DNA of 64,000 nt, taken from positions 672,001 through 736,000 of the forward strand of contig CP170459.1 in NCBI GenBank assembly GCA_047947115.1. The letters are read 5' to 3'. This document shows positions 1-9,897 of this stretch, one piece after another (within the stretch, counting starts at the first letter, position 1; each line of letters begins with the position of its first letter). The DNA comes from Verrucomicrobiota bacterium. Its GTDB lineage: Bacteria > Verrucomicrobiota > Verrucomicrobiia > Limisphaerales > AAA164-E04. The position numbers were made by a program, and so were the translations under genes. The notes beneath the pieces are model-generated. The model was not told the origin of the DNA. It saw only the letters and a list, made by a program, of their open reading frames with translations, and ran no database searches.

Positions 1-1317
1 AAAGATATGCCCAATGCCAATCAACTCGTCGTCCAATTCTTCAATGACCGGACAGTCGGGACCATGGCGGACGCAGCCGAAATTTATGGAACACTCCTGG
101 AGGACATCGACACCCAATGGCGCGAGCTGTTAAAGTCGAATCCGGAAGCAGAACGTTTGGTGGCAGAAGAAAAGGAAGCCATCCGAGCCAAACTCTACGG
201 ACCCTATGCGCCAGCCACTATACGAATCGACGAAGCCATTGACTACCTGACACTGGATGAAAGCGTCGCCATTCGAAAGGCCCATGCCGAGACGGAACGC
301 GTGTTCCTGAAACATTGGCAAGAAGTCGCGGCACGTCCTATGATGCTGGAAGATCGTGATCAGGTCCTCGTATCACATGTGTTCCATCGAGGCGATCCCG
401 ATCAACCGGGTGATCCTGCCCCCCGTTCGATTCCTGCTGTCTTGGGAGCAACCTCCAGCAGGAAGATTGAACATGGCAGCGGACGCCTGGAATTGGCTGA
501 GCTGATATCCGATCCCGACAATCCCCTTGCGGCCCGCGTTTGGGTGAATCGGATTTGGAACTGGCATTTCGGACGCCCCCTGGTGGCGACTCCGAGCGAC
601 TTTGGTGTGCGAAGCCAACCCCCGATTCATGCACAACTACTGGACTACCTTGCATCTTTCTTCCTTGCTTCAGGGGGTTCAAGCAAGGAATTGCACCGTT
701 TGATTCTTGGCTCAGCCACCTGGCAGCAATCCAGCAAAGATCGCGCAGCATGTCGCGCACATGATCCGAACAATAACTTGCTTTGGCGCATGAATCGAAG
801 ACGTCTCACTTTCGAGACCGTTCGTGATTCCATGTTGCAGGTTGCCGACAAACTGAAAGACAGCCCCGGAGGCCCGCCTCTTAAAAAGAGTCCACAAGAT
901 CCTGAGAACAACGTTCGTACGATATACAATTACATCGACCGGGAAGATCTGGACGATGTCTTCCGCATCTTTGATTTTCCTAGCCCCGACATTTCAGCAC
1001 CGCACCGCACCGAAACCAACGTCCCTCAACAGGCCCTCTTCCTTTTGAACAGCCCGTTCGTGCTCTCGCAAGCAAAAGCCATCATTGGAACATTGCCCGC
1101 GCCTTTGGATGCAGCCCTGACATCCAACGCTTGTCAGCAAAATTTGAAACATCTATTTCACCTGATCTACCAGCGGGATCCGGCACCGGAAGAATACCGT
1201 TCCTTGGAGAACTATTTGAAACAGCGTATCCCCGATACTAACCAGGATCCGGCGCAGGCTTGGTCGGAGATCGCACAAACCTTGCTACTATCGAATGAAT
1301 TTCAATTCCTGGATTAA
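1..1317 (+). CDS. DUF1553 (PSD1) domain protein, C-terminal part; 5' end lies outside the window
   Basis: Frame is open from base 1. Motifs GSGRLELA, NPLAARVWVNRIWNWHFGRPLV, P+HAQLLDYLA, RRLTFETVRD, PQQALFLLNSPFV and terminal LLLSNEFQFLD are typical of DUF1553. Confidence 0.88.
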   Translation, partial: KDMPNANQLVVQFFNDRTVGTMADAAEIYGTLLEDIDTQWRELLKSNPEAERLVAEEKEAIRAKLYGPYAPATIRIDEAIDYLTLDESVAIRKAHAETERVFLKHWQEVAARPMMLEDRDQVLVSHVFHRGDPDQPGDPAPRSIPAVLGATSSRKIEHGSGRLELAELISDPDNPLAARVWVNRIWNWHFGRPLVATPSDFGVRSQPPIHAQLLDYLASFFLASGGSSKELHRLILGSATWQQSSKDRAACRAHDPNNNLLWRMNRRRLTFETVRDSMLQVADKLKDSPGGPPLKKSPQDPENNVRTIYNYIDREDLDDVFRIFDFPSPDISAPHRTETNVPQQALFLLNSPFVLSQAKAIIGTLPAPLDAALTSNACQQNLKHLFHLIYQRDPAPEEYRSLENYLKQRIPDTNQDPAQAWSEIAQTLLLSNEFQFLD

Positions 1318-1322
1318 CCGTC

Positions 1323-2744
1323 ATGAAACAGCACCCAACCTTTGAACAGGTCATATCGAGAAAACGCTTTCTGACTCGGTCAGGCATGGGGATGGCCGCG
1401 CTTGGATTGCAATCGCTCACCGGAAGGGCCAGTCAGACAATCCCGATTGCCAATCCGCTCGCTCCAAAACCCTCTCATTTTGCCCCCAAGGCCCGGCACG
1501 TCATCCATATTTTCATGAATGGCGGTCCGTCACATGTCGACACTTTTGATCCCAAACCCGAGCTCACCAAGTATCACGGAAAACCACTTCCCAATCCGAA
1601 CCTCATCACCGAACGCCTCACAGGAGCTGGCTTTGCCTCCCCCTTCAAGTTCACTGAATATGGAGCGAGCGGTATTCCCATCAGCGAGTTGTTTTCCGAC
1701 CTTGGTCCACACGCCGACGATTTGTGTGTGATACGATCGATGCATTGCGACGTCCCCAACCACGAACCTTCCCTCATGATGATGAACTGCGGAGACAATG
1801 TATTGTCCCGTCCCAGCATGGGGTCCTGGTTGACGTATGGATTAGGAACCGATAACCAGAACCTGCCCGGCTTTGTGGCGATGTGTCCCGGTGGTTACCC
1901 GGTCAAAGGACCCGACAATTGGCGTTCCTCCTTTTTGCCGGGGATTTACGAAGGAGCCTATATCAATTCGGAACATACCGAGGTGGAGCAACTCATCCAG
2001 CATATCAAGCATCCGAGCCTGGACAAAACCGCCCAGCGTCGACAGTTGGATTTGCTGCAGGAACTGAACAAACGTCACTTGGATTTCCAGGGACCCGATC
2101 CCGGACTGGAAGCACGCATCCTTAGTTACGAACAAGCCTATCGCATGCAACTCGAAGCCACGGACGCATTCGACATCCAGCGCGAACCCGAATCCGTCCG
2201 GGAACGTTACGGCGACACCGCCCAGGGAAGACAATTACTGATGTCGCGTCGTCTGGTGGAACGCGGTGTTCGCTTCGTCCAACTCTGGCACGGTAAATGG
2301 CAACCCTGGGACAACCACGACGCCATCGAAAAGAATCATCGCCAACTCGCAGGAGAATGTTCCAAAGGTATCGGCGCACTGTTGACCGATTTAAAAGACC
2401 GGGGACTCCTCGATGAGACACTGGTGATCTGGGGCGGCGAATTCGGACGCACGCCAACAGTTGAACAGAACGGCAAGGGGGAAAGCAAACTCGGACGCGA
2501 TCACAACCACTACGGATTTTCCATGTGGATGGCAGGCGGTGGCGTCAAAGGCGGAACCGTCTACGGAGCCACGGACGAGTTTGGTTTTCGTGCTGTTCAC
2601 AAACCCACTCACGTACACGACCTCCACGCCACCATCCTTCATCTGATGGGTCTGGACCACGAACGATTAACCTACCGTTACGCCAGTCGAGATTTCCGTT
2701 TAACCGACGTGCATGGAAACGTGCTGCACGAACTGATCGCTTGA
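1323..2744 (+). CDS. DUF1501 domain protein with Tat-like leader
   Basis: SRKRFL leader; VIHIFMNGGPSHVDTFDPKP, RRLVERGVRFVQ, WDNH, IWGGEFGRTP, GRDHN, HVHDLHATILH. Confidence 0.92.
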   Translation: MKQHPTFEQVISRKRFLTRSGMGMAALGLQSLTGRASQTIPIANPLAPKPSHFAPKARHVIHIFMNGGPSHVDTFDPKPELTKYHGKPLPNPNLITERLTGAGFASPFKFTEYGASGIPISELFSDLGPHADDLCVIRSMHCDVPNHEPSLMMMNCGDNVLSRPSMGSWLTYGLGTDNQNLPGFVAMCPGGYPVKGPDNWRSSFLPGIYEGAYINSEHTEVEQLIQHIKHPSLDKTAQRRQLDLLQELNKRHLDFQGPDPGLEARILSYEQAYRMQLEATDAFDIQREPESVRERYGDTAQGRQLLMSRRLVERGVRFVQLWHGKWQPWDNHDAIEKNHRQLAGECSKGIGALLTDLKDRGLLDETLVIWGGEFGRTPTVEQNGKGESKLGRDHNHYGFSMWMAGGGVKGGTVYGATDEFGFRAVHKPTHVHDLHATILHLMGLDHERLTYRYASRDFRLTDVHGNVLHELIA

Positions 2745-2774
2745 TGCGCTGCGATCCATTTGCTTGGAATATCC

Positions 2775-3950
2775 ATGAAAATTGAAGCCGTCGATTTCTT
2801 CTACCTGACCATGCCCATCATCAGGGACATCGGCGACGGTAGCCAGGATGCACTCCTGGTGCGGATTCAAGCCGATGGCCACGAAGGTTGGGGGGAATGC
2901 GAAGCCTCACCACTTGTCACCATGGCAGCCTGGAATTGCCCGATGTCGCACAGCGCCTGCAAACCTGTCAGCGCATCCGTGCTCGGCCACTCCCTCAATG
3001 ACCTGAAAGACATCACCCGTATCCATCAACTTGTCCGCAAACAAAGCCTGGACCTGCTTCAGACTGACCACCTGTTGAGTGGCATCGATATCGCCCTGTG
3101 GGATCTGATGGGCAAGAAACTGGAGACGCCGGTCTATCGACTACTTGGATACAACCAAGCCTTTCCCAAACTTCCCTATGCGTCACAACTCTTTGGGGAC
3201 ACTCCCCAGCAGACACTCGAAAAAGCAAAAGCCGTAAGCGCCAATCACTATCGCGCCGCCAAGTTTGGTTGGGGGCCGTATGGTCAGGGAACAGTTGAGC
3301 AGGATCACGACCACGTCCACGCCGCTCGCGAAGGGCTGGGACCGGACGGAATTCTCCTGATCGACGCCGGAACAGTTTGGCAGGACGACGTGGAGGCAGC
3401 GTCACAACGTCTAAAGGCTTTACAGGAATGTCGGGTGACATGGTTGGAAGAACCCTTTATCTCGGCAGCCTTGGGAGCATATCGTCAACTTTCGTTGAAA
3501 AGTAATTCCGTCAAACTGGCAGGCGGAGAGGGATGTCACCAGGCACATCAAGCATTCAACATGATGGATTATGCAGGGCTGGGTTACATCCAAATTGACA
3601 CCGGCCGCGTGGGCGGTATTTCCCCGGCCTTTCAAGTGGCCCAAAGAGCAGCAAAGCAAAATGTCACCTATGTAAACCACACCTTCACATCGTACCTCGC
3701 ATTGTCCGCATCCATCCAACCCTACGCTGGCTTGGAATCACATCAAATCTGCGAATACCCCGTCGAAGCAACGACGCTGGCAAGAAAGTTGACACAAACG
3801 TCCATGATTCCCGATGAAGATGGAATGATCACAGTTCCAGAAGCTCCAGGGCTCGGGTTGGCTATCGATCCGGAGACAATCGACCGTTACCGGCAAGAAG
3901 TTCAGATAAAAGTCAACAATCGCATCGCTTTTGAATCCACCCGCAGGTAA
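2775..3950 (+). CDS. Mandelate racemase/muconate lactonizing enzyme (enolase superfamily) protein
   Basis: GWGE, SGIDIALWDLMGK, LLIDAG, WLEEP, AGGE and PEAPGLG motifs. Confidence 0.9.
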   Translation: MKIEAVDFFYLTMPIIRDIGDGSQDALLVRIQADGHEGWGECEASPLVTMAAWNCPMSHSACKPVSASVLGHSLNDLKDITRIHQLVRKQSLDLLQTDHLLSGIDIALWDLMGKKLETPVYRLLGYNQAFPKLPYASQLFGDTPQQTLEKAKAVSANHYRAAKFGWGPYGQGTVEQDHDHVHAAREGLGPDGILLIDAGTVWQDDVEAASQRLKALQECRVTWLEEPFISAALGAYRQLSLKSNSVKLAGGEGCHQAHQAFNMMDYAGLGYIQIDTGRVGGISPAFQVAQRAAKQNVTYVNHTFTSYLALSASIQPYAGLESHQICEYPVEATTLARKLTQTSMIPDEDGMITVPEAPGLGLAIDPETIDRYRQEVQIKVNNRIAFESTRR

Positions 3951-3970
3951 CCCGAGACGTTGGAACGAAC

Positions 3971-4167
3971 AGGTAGAGCGTGGCGTCTCGGCGCGCAAAC
4001 CTCATGACTTCCATCCCCTGCTTGTCACCTCCCGATGGAAAACCCAACCGCTACCCAACCCCCATCAATCCGTGCAGCTATCGCTAACGGCAACGGATCG
4101 AGATCCACGCAGTCACGGGATAAACTGCTCCGATCTACCTGAATTCACTATTTTAAATTTACTATTC
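3971..4167. repeat. Composite palindromic intergenic element, copy 1 (GGTAG...CTACC core plus AATTCACTATT arm)
   Basis: Reverse complement of 4096-4167 aligns with 53840-53925. Reverse complement of 3971-3996 aligns with 54044-54068 and about 13003-13030. Confidence 0.7.
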
Positions 4168-7100
4168 AAAAGGTCTTCAGGCCGAATGAACCCCTTTTGA
4201 TCTTTTGTGGCAGCACGAACAGCTTTCACCTGATCAGGTTCAACAACGCTTGCCTTGTTTCCAAACGAATTGCGAACATACGTCAACACGGAAGCAATTT
4301 CCTCATCGTTCAAGCCCTTGAAAGGTGTCATTGGCACCAGCCCCAGATAGTGTTTCCCCTTCACATCGATTGGTCCCAACAATCCGTGAAGCGTCAGCGC
4401 AATCAATCGATCCGGACTTTCCGTCACCCATTCGGAACCGGCCAATGGCGGAAATTGAGCGGCGGGCAAACCCATTCCGTTTTCCTGATGACAGGTGATA
4501 CAATGACCCTCGCGCCGATAAATCTCAGCCCCTTTCTCAAACCGTTCCTTGGCCATACCTGTAAGCGTCGTTTCAGGAGGGGTCCATTTTACCATTTCGA
4601 TCACACCACCTTTCAAATGTGTCAATGCAGTCTCAATCACTGGACGTAATGTATCATCAATGGGCAGCGCCGCAGCCGCTTCCACAATCGGTAAACCAAC
4701 TGAAGGCTTCAGCCAGGAAGCAGCAGCAACAGCCTCCAGTCGAACACGTCCATGCGGATCCTTGGCGGCCAACTTGAGCAGGTCGGCAGCCCGGCTGATT
4801 TTATGGTGGTTGTAACGAACAACACGAACAGCCGCCGCTCTGGCTTTGAAGTCGTCGGCCTGCAACAACCGATTGACCAGGGAAACATCAATCTGATCAA
4901 ATCCCCAACCAACCCACATGGCTTCCACCAAGTGATGTTCAACTTTCGGGTCGCTGGCATCCAACCGCTCGGTCCAGGCTTTAAGCGCCAGCAATACCGC
5001 GCCGGATGAACGTCCACGCAACTCTCGTCGAGTGCGATAACGTGTTCGGTATTCGGGAAGTTTCAAGTTATCCAATAGTTGCGGGATAGATGCACCGGCC
5101 ACTTGGGCGGGTTGGATCAGTGGACGTAATGGATAGGTCATGCGATAGATGCGCCCATGTTCATGATCACGCAGCGGATCACGCGCGCTGTGCTGCATGT
5201 GCCCCACAAGGACATTGTGCCAGTCCACCACATATAAGGATCCATCCGGCGCGAATTCCATGTCAACCAGACGAACGTTTCCATCGGAACTTTTCAACAA
5301 GTCCTGACGATGATGACTTCGGAAACCCGTTCCATCATCGATCATGGCGTGTTGTTTGGTACCGAGAAATCCAATCGTGTTGTGAATCAACAAATCCCCC
5401 TGCATTTCTTCCGGAAAATGTCGGCTCGACACAAACTCCAAACCAGAGGTTGGCCGCACCCGATGAGCCTCCTCGATCAGATTCGGGGGCAATGGAGCAA
5501 AGGACCCGTAGGGCACGGAAACACTACCCTGCACCATCCACCGCACATTGGGATCGGAAGTATCGGCGAAAAAGATTTGGCCCCATTCATCAACCGCTGT
5601 GCCCCATGGATTGGGAATGGACAAACGTGTGGTACGTTCGAGATGCTTTCGCACAGGATCAAACCTGAAGAACCCTCCGTTCGAACTACGGACCGGACCG
5701 TAAGGTGTTTCCACGTTACTATGCAAGAAAGTCCCTTCTCCCATGTAAATCGCTCCGCTGGGGTCGGCACAAAAAGCGCTGATGACATGGTGAGTGTCAT
5801 GATCGTCAAAACCACTCAAGATGGTTTCCTCTTTGTCAGCATGATCGTCTCCATCGGTGTCCGACAACAAGATCAGATGCGTCCCCTGCGCCACATAGAC
5901 ACCTTCGGGAGCAAACTCAAACCCGGTCGGCAAATGCAGTCCGTCAGCGAACACCGTTTCCTTGTCGGCTTTACCGTCGTTGTCGGTGTCTTCAATGATG
6001 AGCAACTTGTCGTCGGGTTTGGCATCGCCGGGTTGGTAATGAGGGTAGGTCGGCATGGTGGACACCCAAAGTCGTCCGGCATTGTCAAAAGCCATTTGGA
6101 CCGGATTGGCCAGGTTGGGAAACTCCCTCTCCGAAGCGAACAGTTCGATCTTGAACCCCTCGGGAACGGTCATGGTTTTCAAAGCTTCATCACCGTAACG
6201 GTAATCAATGCTGCCGTTCTTGGCGCTCGGACGATAGTTCGTTTCGATGGTTGGAAGTTCGTGGGTTTGTGTATCAGCTTGTTCTAAATCAAAAACGCTC
6301 CCCTCCAGCACCGCCCAAATAGCCTGATCCCGGTTGTGCGTCATCTCATCCAGCTTGATGAGTTCATGCGGATAATTGTCCGGACCAAAAGGCCGATGCC
6401 GACGACCGTAGACATGCACCCCGTTTGGAATCTTATATAACTTGTGCCACATCCAGTTCTTTTCGTGCACTGCCTCACGGAGCACTTGAACATCGGTATC
6501 TTTACCCTGATAGGATTTGAACAATGCATCGGCCAACCATCGTGAAAGGTTGGCGTAACCGGATTCATTCAACTGAAAACCATCGATGGTCAACGGTGCC
6601 TCAGTGTGGTCATACCATTGTTGGCTGGGAGCAAAAGCATTGATGAACAACACGTCCATTTCCTGAGCCACATCTTCCATGGCGGCTGTGTATAGAGCCA
6701 GATTGGCGTTTTCGATTTGGCCATCAGGAGTATGATGGGTCGCGGACAAATCTTCAAATGCGATTGGCGAAACAAGGGCCAGCTGTGGCGATCCGATGCC
6801 GTTGTAGGATTGTGAACGCGTATGCTGAACAAAATCCCGCAGCTCGCTTTTGAAGGCACCCAAACCTTCCTGCCCGCGAAACGATTCGTTGTATCCGAAA
6901 AATGCAATGATGACATCCGCCTTCAAACGGGTCAGCCATGCATCGGGCGATTCATACGTGCCGTAACCAGCATGACCGGAGCCCCAACGATCCTTCGCAT
7001 CCGACAAAGGTTCATAATACTTTTCCGCACCAGGAAAGGCCCAGGGAGAGGGGCGACCCGAGTGTGGACGAAATCCGGGAGTGTTCCCTTCATCCGCCAT

Positions 7101-7352
7101 GTTGCGGATGACCAGGCGCTGACTTGGGTGGCGTCGATAGATCTCCGTTTCAAACAGCCCATAACGCGTCATGCGCGAACCCAGGCCATTTCCCAAGAGC
7201 ACCACGCGCGAGCCTTCACTCAGTTCAAATTTTTCGGCACCATCCATCGATGGCATACCGAGAAAAAGGACAACGACAGGAAACATCCAAAAGTTGATCA
7301 CACAATGTCGGAACATGAGGATGATACTAATTAGGTCGGACTTGAGGCACAA
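4113..7352 (-). CDS. PVC-type heme-binding membrane-bound dehydrogenase-like protein: SGNH/GDSL-like N-terminal domain, sugar-dehydrogenase-type propeller, HEAT repeats, C-terminal cytochrome c
   Basis: LLGNGLG/FFGYNES/TIDGFQLNESGY (SGNH-like); PEGFKIELFASE, NPVQMAFDNAGRLWV, DTDNDGKADK, PDGSLYVVDWHN, HGRIYR; CITCH followed by FPPLAGS. The true start is probably somewhat downstream of 7352. Confidence 0.85.
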   Translation of the reverse strand: MCLKSDLISIILMFRHCVINFWMFPVVVLFLGMPSMDGAEKFELSEGSRVVLLGNGLGSRMTRYGLFETEIYRRHPSQRLVIRNMADEGNTPGFRPHSGRPSPWAFPGAEKYYEPLSDAKDRWGSGHAGYGTYESPDAWLTRLKADVIIAFFGYNESFRGQEGLGAFKSELRDFVQHTRSQSYNGIGSPQLALVSPIAFEDLSATHHTPDGQIENANLALYTAAMEDVAQEMDVLFINAFAPSQQWYDHTEAPLTIDGFQLNESGYANLSRWLADALFKSYQGKDTDVQVLREAVHEKNWMWHKLYKIPNGVHVYGRRHRPFGPDNYPHELIKLDEMTHNRDQAIWAVLEGSVFDLEQADTQTHELPTIETNYRPSAKNGSIDYRYGDEALKTMTVPEGFKIELFASEREFPNLANPVQMAFDNAGRLWVSTMPTYPHYQPGDAKPDDKLLIIEDTDNDGKADKETVFADGLHLPTGFEFAPEGVYVAQGTHLILLSDTDGDDHADKEETILSGFDDHDTHHVISAFCADPSGAIYMGEGTFLHSNVETPYGPVRSSNGGFFRFDPVRKHLERTTRLSIPNPWGTAVDEWGQIFFADTSDPNVRWMVQGSVSVPYGSFAPLPPNLIEEAHRVRPTSGLEFVSSRHFPEEMQGDLLIHNTIGFLGTKQHAMIDDGTGFRSHHRQDLLKSSDGNVRLVDMEFAPDGSLYVVDWHNVLVGHMQHSARDPLRDHEHGRIYRMTYPLRPLIQPAQVAGASIPQLLDNLKLPEYRTRYRTRRELRGRSSGAVLLALKAWTERLDASDPKVEHHLVEAMWVGWGFDQIDVSLVNRLLQADDFKARAAAVRVVRYNHHKISRAADLLKLAAKDPHGRVRLEAVAAASWLKPSVGLPIVEAAAALPIDDTLRPVIETALTHLKGGVIEMVKWTPPETTLTGMAKERFEKGAEIYRREGHCITCHQENGMGLPAAQFPPLAGSEWVTESPDRLIALTLHGLLGPIDVKGKHYLGLVPMTPFKGLNDEEIASVLTYVRNSFGNKASVVEPDQVKAVRAATKDQKGFIRPEDLLNSKFKIVNSGRSEQFIP

Positions 7353-7409
7353 GATTGGAAGATCGAAATCTTGAATTGACTATACTGTGAGTCAGTTCAA
7401 ACTTTTCCA

Positions 7410-8606
7410 ATGCATCTCAAATGGGTTAATCGGGTATTCTCAATGACTACCTTTCTGTCAAAAGGAAATTTTCTTATTGTGCTGGGTGCATTGTTCTTTA
7501 CTCAAGCCAATGCGGAAACTCAAACCGAACCTTCCAAACCAAAGGACTCCTGGCTTGTTGGAGCCCATTACTATCCCTGGTATGGAGCCCCCCGCAATGA
7601 AAACGATCGCGGCTGGCTACGCAAGGCATTGCGCGGAAGACTGGAACCCCGACAGCTACCCGTCTCTGGTATCTACGACAGCCGCGATCAAGAGGTAATC
7701 GGAACACACATCGAGCAAAGTATTTACGCAGGCATTGATTTCTGGTCAGTCAGTTGGTGGGGCGCGGGAAAGCGTGAAGATCAAACACTGCTCGAACATA
7801 TCCTTACCCACCCGGAGGCCGGTAAACTGAAGTACGCAGTTCTTTACGAATCCACCGGACGTCTCGGGAGTTTTGACAATCCTGATTACTCCAACCTGAT
7901 TCCAGATTTCACCTATATGAAGGAACACCTTTTTTCGAATCCACACTACCTCAAGATCGACGACAAACCCGTTGTCTTCATTTACCTGACCCGAGTTTAC
8001 TTTCGACATCAAGGGGGAGAAACCTTGGCAGCATTGCGGGAGGAATTCCCAAATCTGTATTTGATTGGGGATGATGTGTTCGGCCCTCGATATCGCCCCG
8101 AGTACGCCAAACAATGGGATGCGATCTCCGCCTACGATATTTACGGGCAATCCATGCAGAACGCCGGAGCCACCCGCAAGGGCATCGAACGTCTGCTGAC
8201 CAATTACCGAAACGCACAGGAAGCCGCCCATGCAGTCGGAACAGCCTTTGTTCCAGGCATCGCTCCGGGATACAACGATCGTGCGGTGCGAAGCGGACAT
8301 CCCGGTCGGCCTCGCTATTTCACGGATGAACCCGGTTCAAAAGAAGGAGACATTTTCCGGGCCATGATCGAGGAAGTGGCCAAACCCTTGTCCGATCCAA
8401 AGGCCCAACGCATGTGGACGATCACCTCCTTCAACGAATGGTACGAAGACACGCAAATCGAACCCACCGCCGGCGACCAACCCGCCACCACCAAAGACGA
8501 TTCGGACTCCGGCGAATACTACACCGAGGGGGACCTTTATCCTGATTATGGGAACTTGTATTTGGATATTCTCAAAGAGGCATTGGAGGACTCGGACAAA
8601 GAGTAA
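7410..8606 (+). CDS. Secreted glycoside hydrolase, GH99/GH71-like
   Basis: Signal peptide; VGAHYYPWY, GIDFWSVSWWG, YLKIDDKPVVFIY, PGYNDR, ITSFNEWYEDTQIEP. Confidence 0.85.
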   Translation: MHLKWVNRVFSMTTFLSKGNFLIVLGALFFTQANAETQTEPSKPKDSWLVGAHYYPWYGAPRNENDRGWLRKALRGRLEPRQLPVSGIYDSRDQEVIGTHIEQSIYAGIDFWSVSWWGAGKREDQTLLEHILTHPEAGKLKYAVLYESTGRLGSFDNPDYSNLIPDFTYMKEHLFSNPHYLKIDDKPVVFIYLTRVYFRHQGGETLAALREEFPNLYLIGDDVFGPRYRPEYAKQWDAISAYDIYGQSMQNAGATRKGIERLLTNYRNAQEAAHAVGTAFVPGIAPGYNDRAVRSGHPGRPRYFTDEPGSKEGDIFRAMIEEVAKPLSDPKAQRMWTITSFNEWYEDTQIEPTAGDQPATTKDDSDSGEYYTEGDLYPDYGNLYLDILKEALEDSDKE

Positions 8607-8722
8607 GGCAAGTAAACGAGACTACTGGTAGCAGGTATCGTATCGATGCGCATCCTTGTGGTATTCGAATTTCCATTCCACTCACAATGGAAAGCCTGCA
8701 AACAACCACCAGCCAAGACCTT

Positions 8723-9706
8723 TTATCTCAACTTCTTGAGCGCCTCATCAATATCCTCAGGAATCGGCGCTTCCAGCTCAACCCTTTGTCGTGTTGCCGG
8801 ATGGGTAAACGATAAATTCCAGGCGTGGAGTAATTGACGTTTGGGTTGAAATCCAAGCACTTTGACCAATCTGGAGGTAGCCTTGCTTCCGTAGGTTTCA
8901 TCACCCAACAACGGATACCCGAGGTGCTTGAAATGTACGCGAATCTGGTGCGTACGCCCCGTGTGCAAAACAACCTTCACAGACGTCGCATGGTCGCCGA
9001 AATGCTGCATCACCTCGTAATCAGTGATTGCTTGCCGCCCCCGTTCGACAACCGCCATCAACTTGCGCTGACTCGGATGCCTCGCAATGGGCGCGTCAAT
9101 CGTACCTTTCACAGGTTGCACACCACCGCACACCACCGCCAGGTAAACTTTACGAACCAAACGGTTGGCAAATTGCTCGGCCAGGGATTGGTGGGCCGTA
9201 TCGTTTTTGGCCATCACGATACAGCCGCTGGTATCCTGGTCCAAACGATGTACAATACCCGGACGAGCAACACCGCCGATACCGCTCAATTGTCCGGCGC
9301 AATGATGCAATAATGCGTGCACCAACGTGCCGTTGTCATGACCTGCCGCCGGATGCACCACCAAACCCGGCGGTTTGTTGATCGCGATCAAATGTTCATC
9401 TTCAAACAGCACATCCAATGTCATCACTTCAGGAATGAGTTCCAATGAACGTGCCGCAGGGGGCGTAACTTCGATCCGCTGCCCGGCCTTGGGTTTCATG
9501 CTTGGTTTGACCTTTTTATCATCCACCAAAACGCATCCCCCTTGAATCCAGCGAGCAATCGTCCCCCGGGAAAAGTCCGGCATTCGTTCGTGCAACCATG
9601 CATCCAGTCGCGAAGCCAATGCGGACGTCTCGACAGTGAATGAAGAAGGTTCGTGCATCCCACACTCATCATCATGTTCACCGTTCATTGAAGAATGCTC
9701 CCTCAT
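8723..9706 (-). CDS. rluD: RluA-family 23S rRNA pseudouridine synthase with S4 domain
   Basis: S4 domain RLDAWL...SR; NKPPGLVVHP, RPGIVHRLDQDTSG, TGRTHQIRVH, PLLGDETYG. The start was moved to exclude the upstream inverted-repeat element and is approximate. Confidence 0.9.
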   Translation of the reverse strand: MREHSSMNGEHDDECGMHEPSSFTVETSALASRLDAWLHERMPDFSRGTIARWIQGGCVLVDDKKVKPSMKPKAGQRIEVTPPAARSLELIPEVMTLDVLFEDEHLIAINKPPGLVVHPAAGHDNGTLVHALLHHCAGQLSGIGGVARPGIVHRLDQDTSGCIVMAKNDTAHQSLAEQFANRLVRKVYLAVVCGGVQPVKGTIDAPIARHPSQRKLMAVVERGRQAITDYEVMQHFGDHATSVKVVLHTGRTHQIRVHFKHLGYPLLGDETYGSKATSRLVKVLGFQPKRQLLHAWNLSFTHPATRQRVELEAPIPEDIDEALKKLR

Positions 9707-9730
9707 GATAAAGGATTCCTTAAGCTGTTG

Positions 9731-9878
9731 ATCCGCAGAGGACGCAGATTTGCACAGATACTGAGGGGTAATCGAGGCTCGGAGGCCGAATCTCCCGAAA
9801 CGACCAAGTGAACCCTTGCGACATGCCAATATCCTGCTTCAAGGCATATATCTGCGTACATCTGTGTCATCTGCGGAT
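9731..9878. repeat. MITE-like element with 30-bp imperfect terminal inverted repeats
   Basis: ATCCGCAGAGGACGCAGATTTGCACAGATA (9731-9760) versus the reverse complement of 9849-9878, ATCCGCAGATGACACAGATGTACGCAGATA. A related single arm lies at about 35844-35874. Confidence 0.75.
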
Positions 9879-9897
9879 AAACAAAAAAAGTTCAAGG

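Noticed and set aside
5310..6287. Long antisense or alternate-frame ORFs (for example 5310..6287, 13476..14357, 16619..17425, 31565..32341, 39567..40385)
   Set aside because: They are shadows of well-supported genes on the opposite strand and carry no recognisable motifs.
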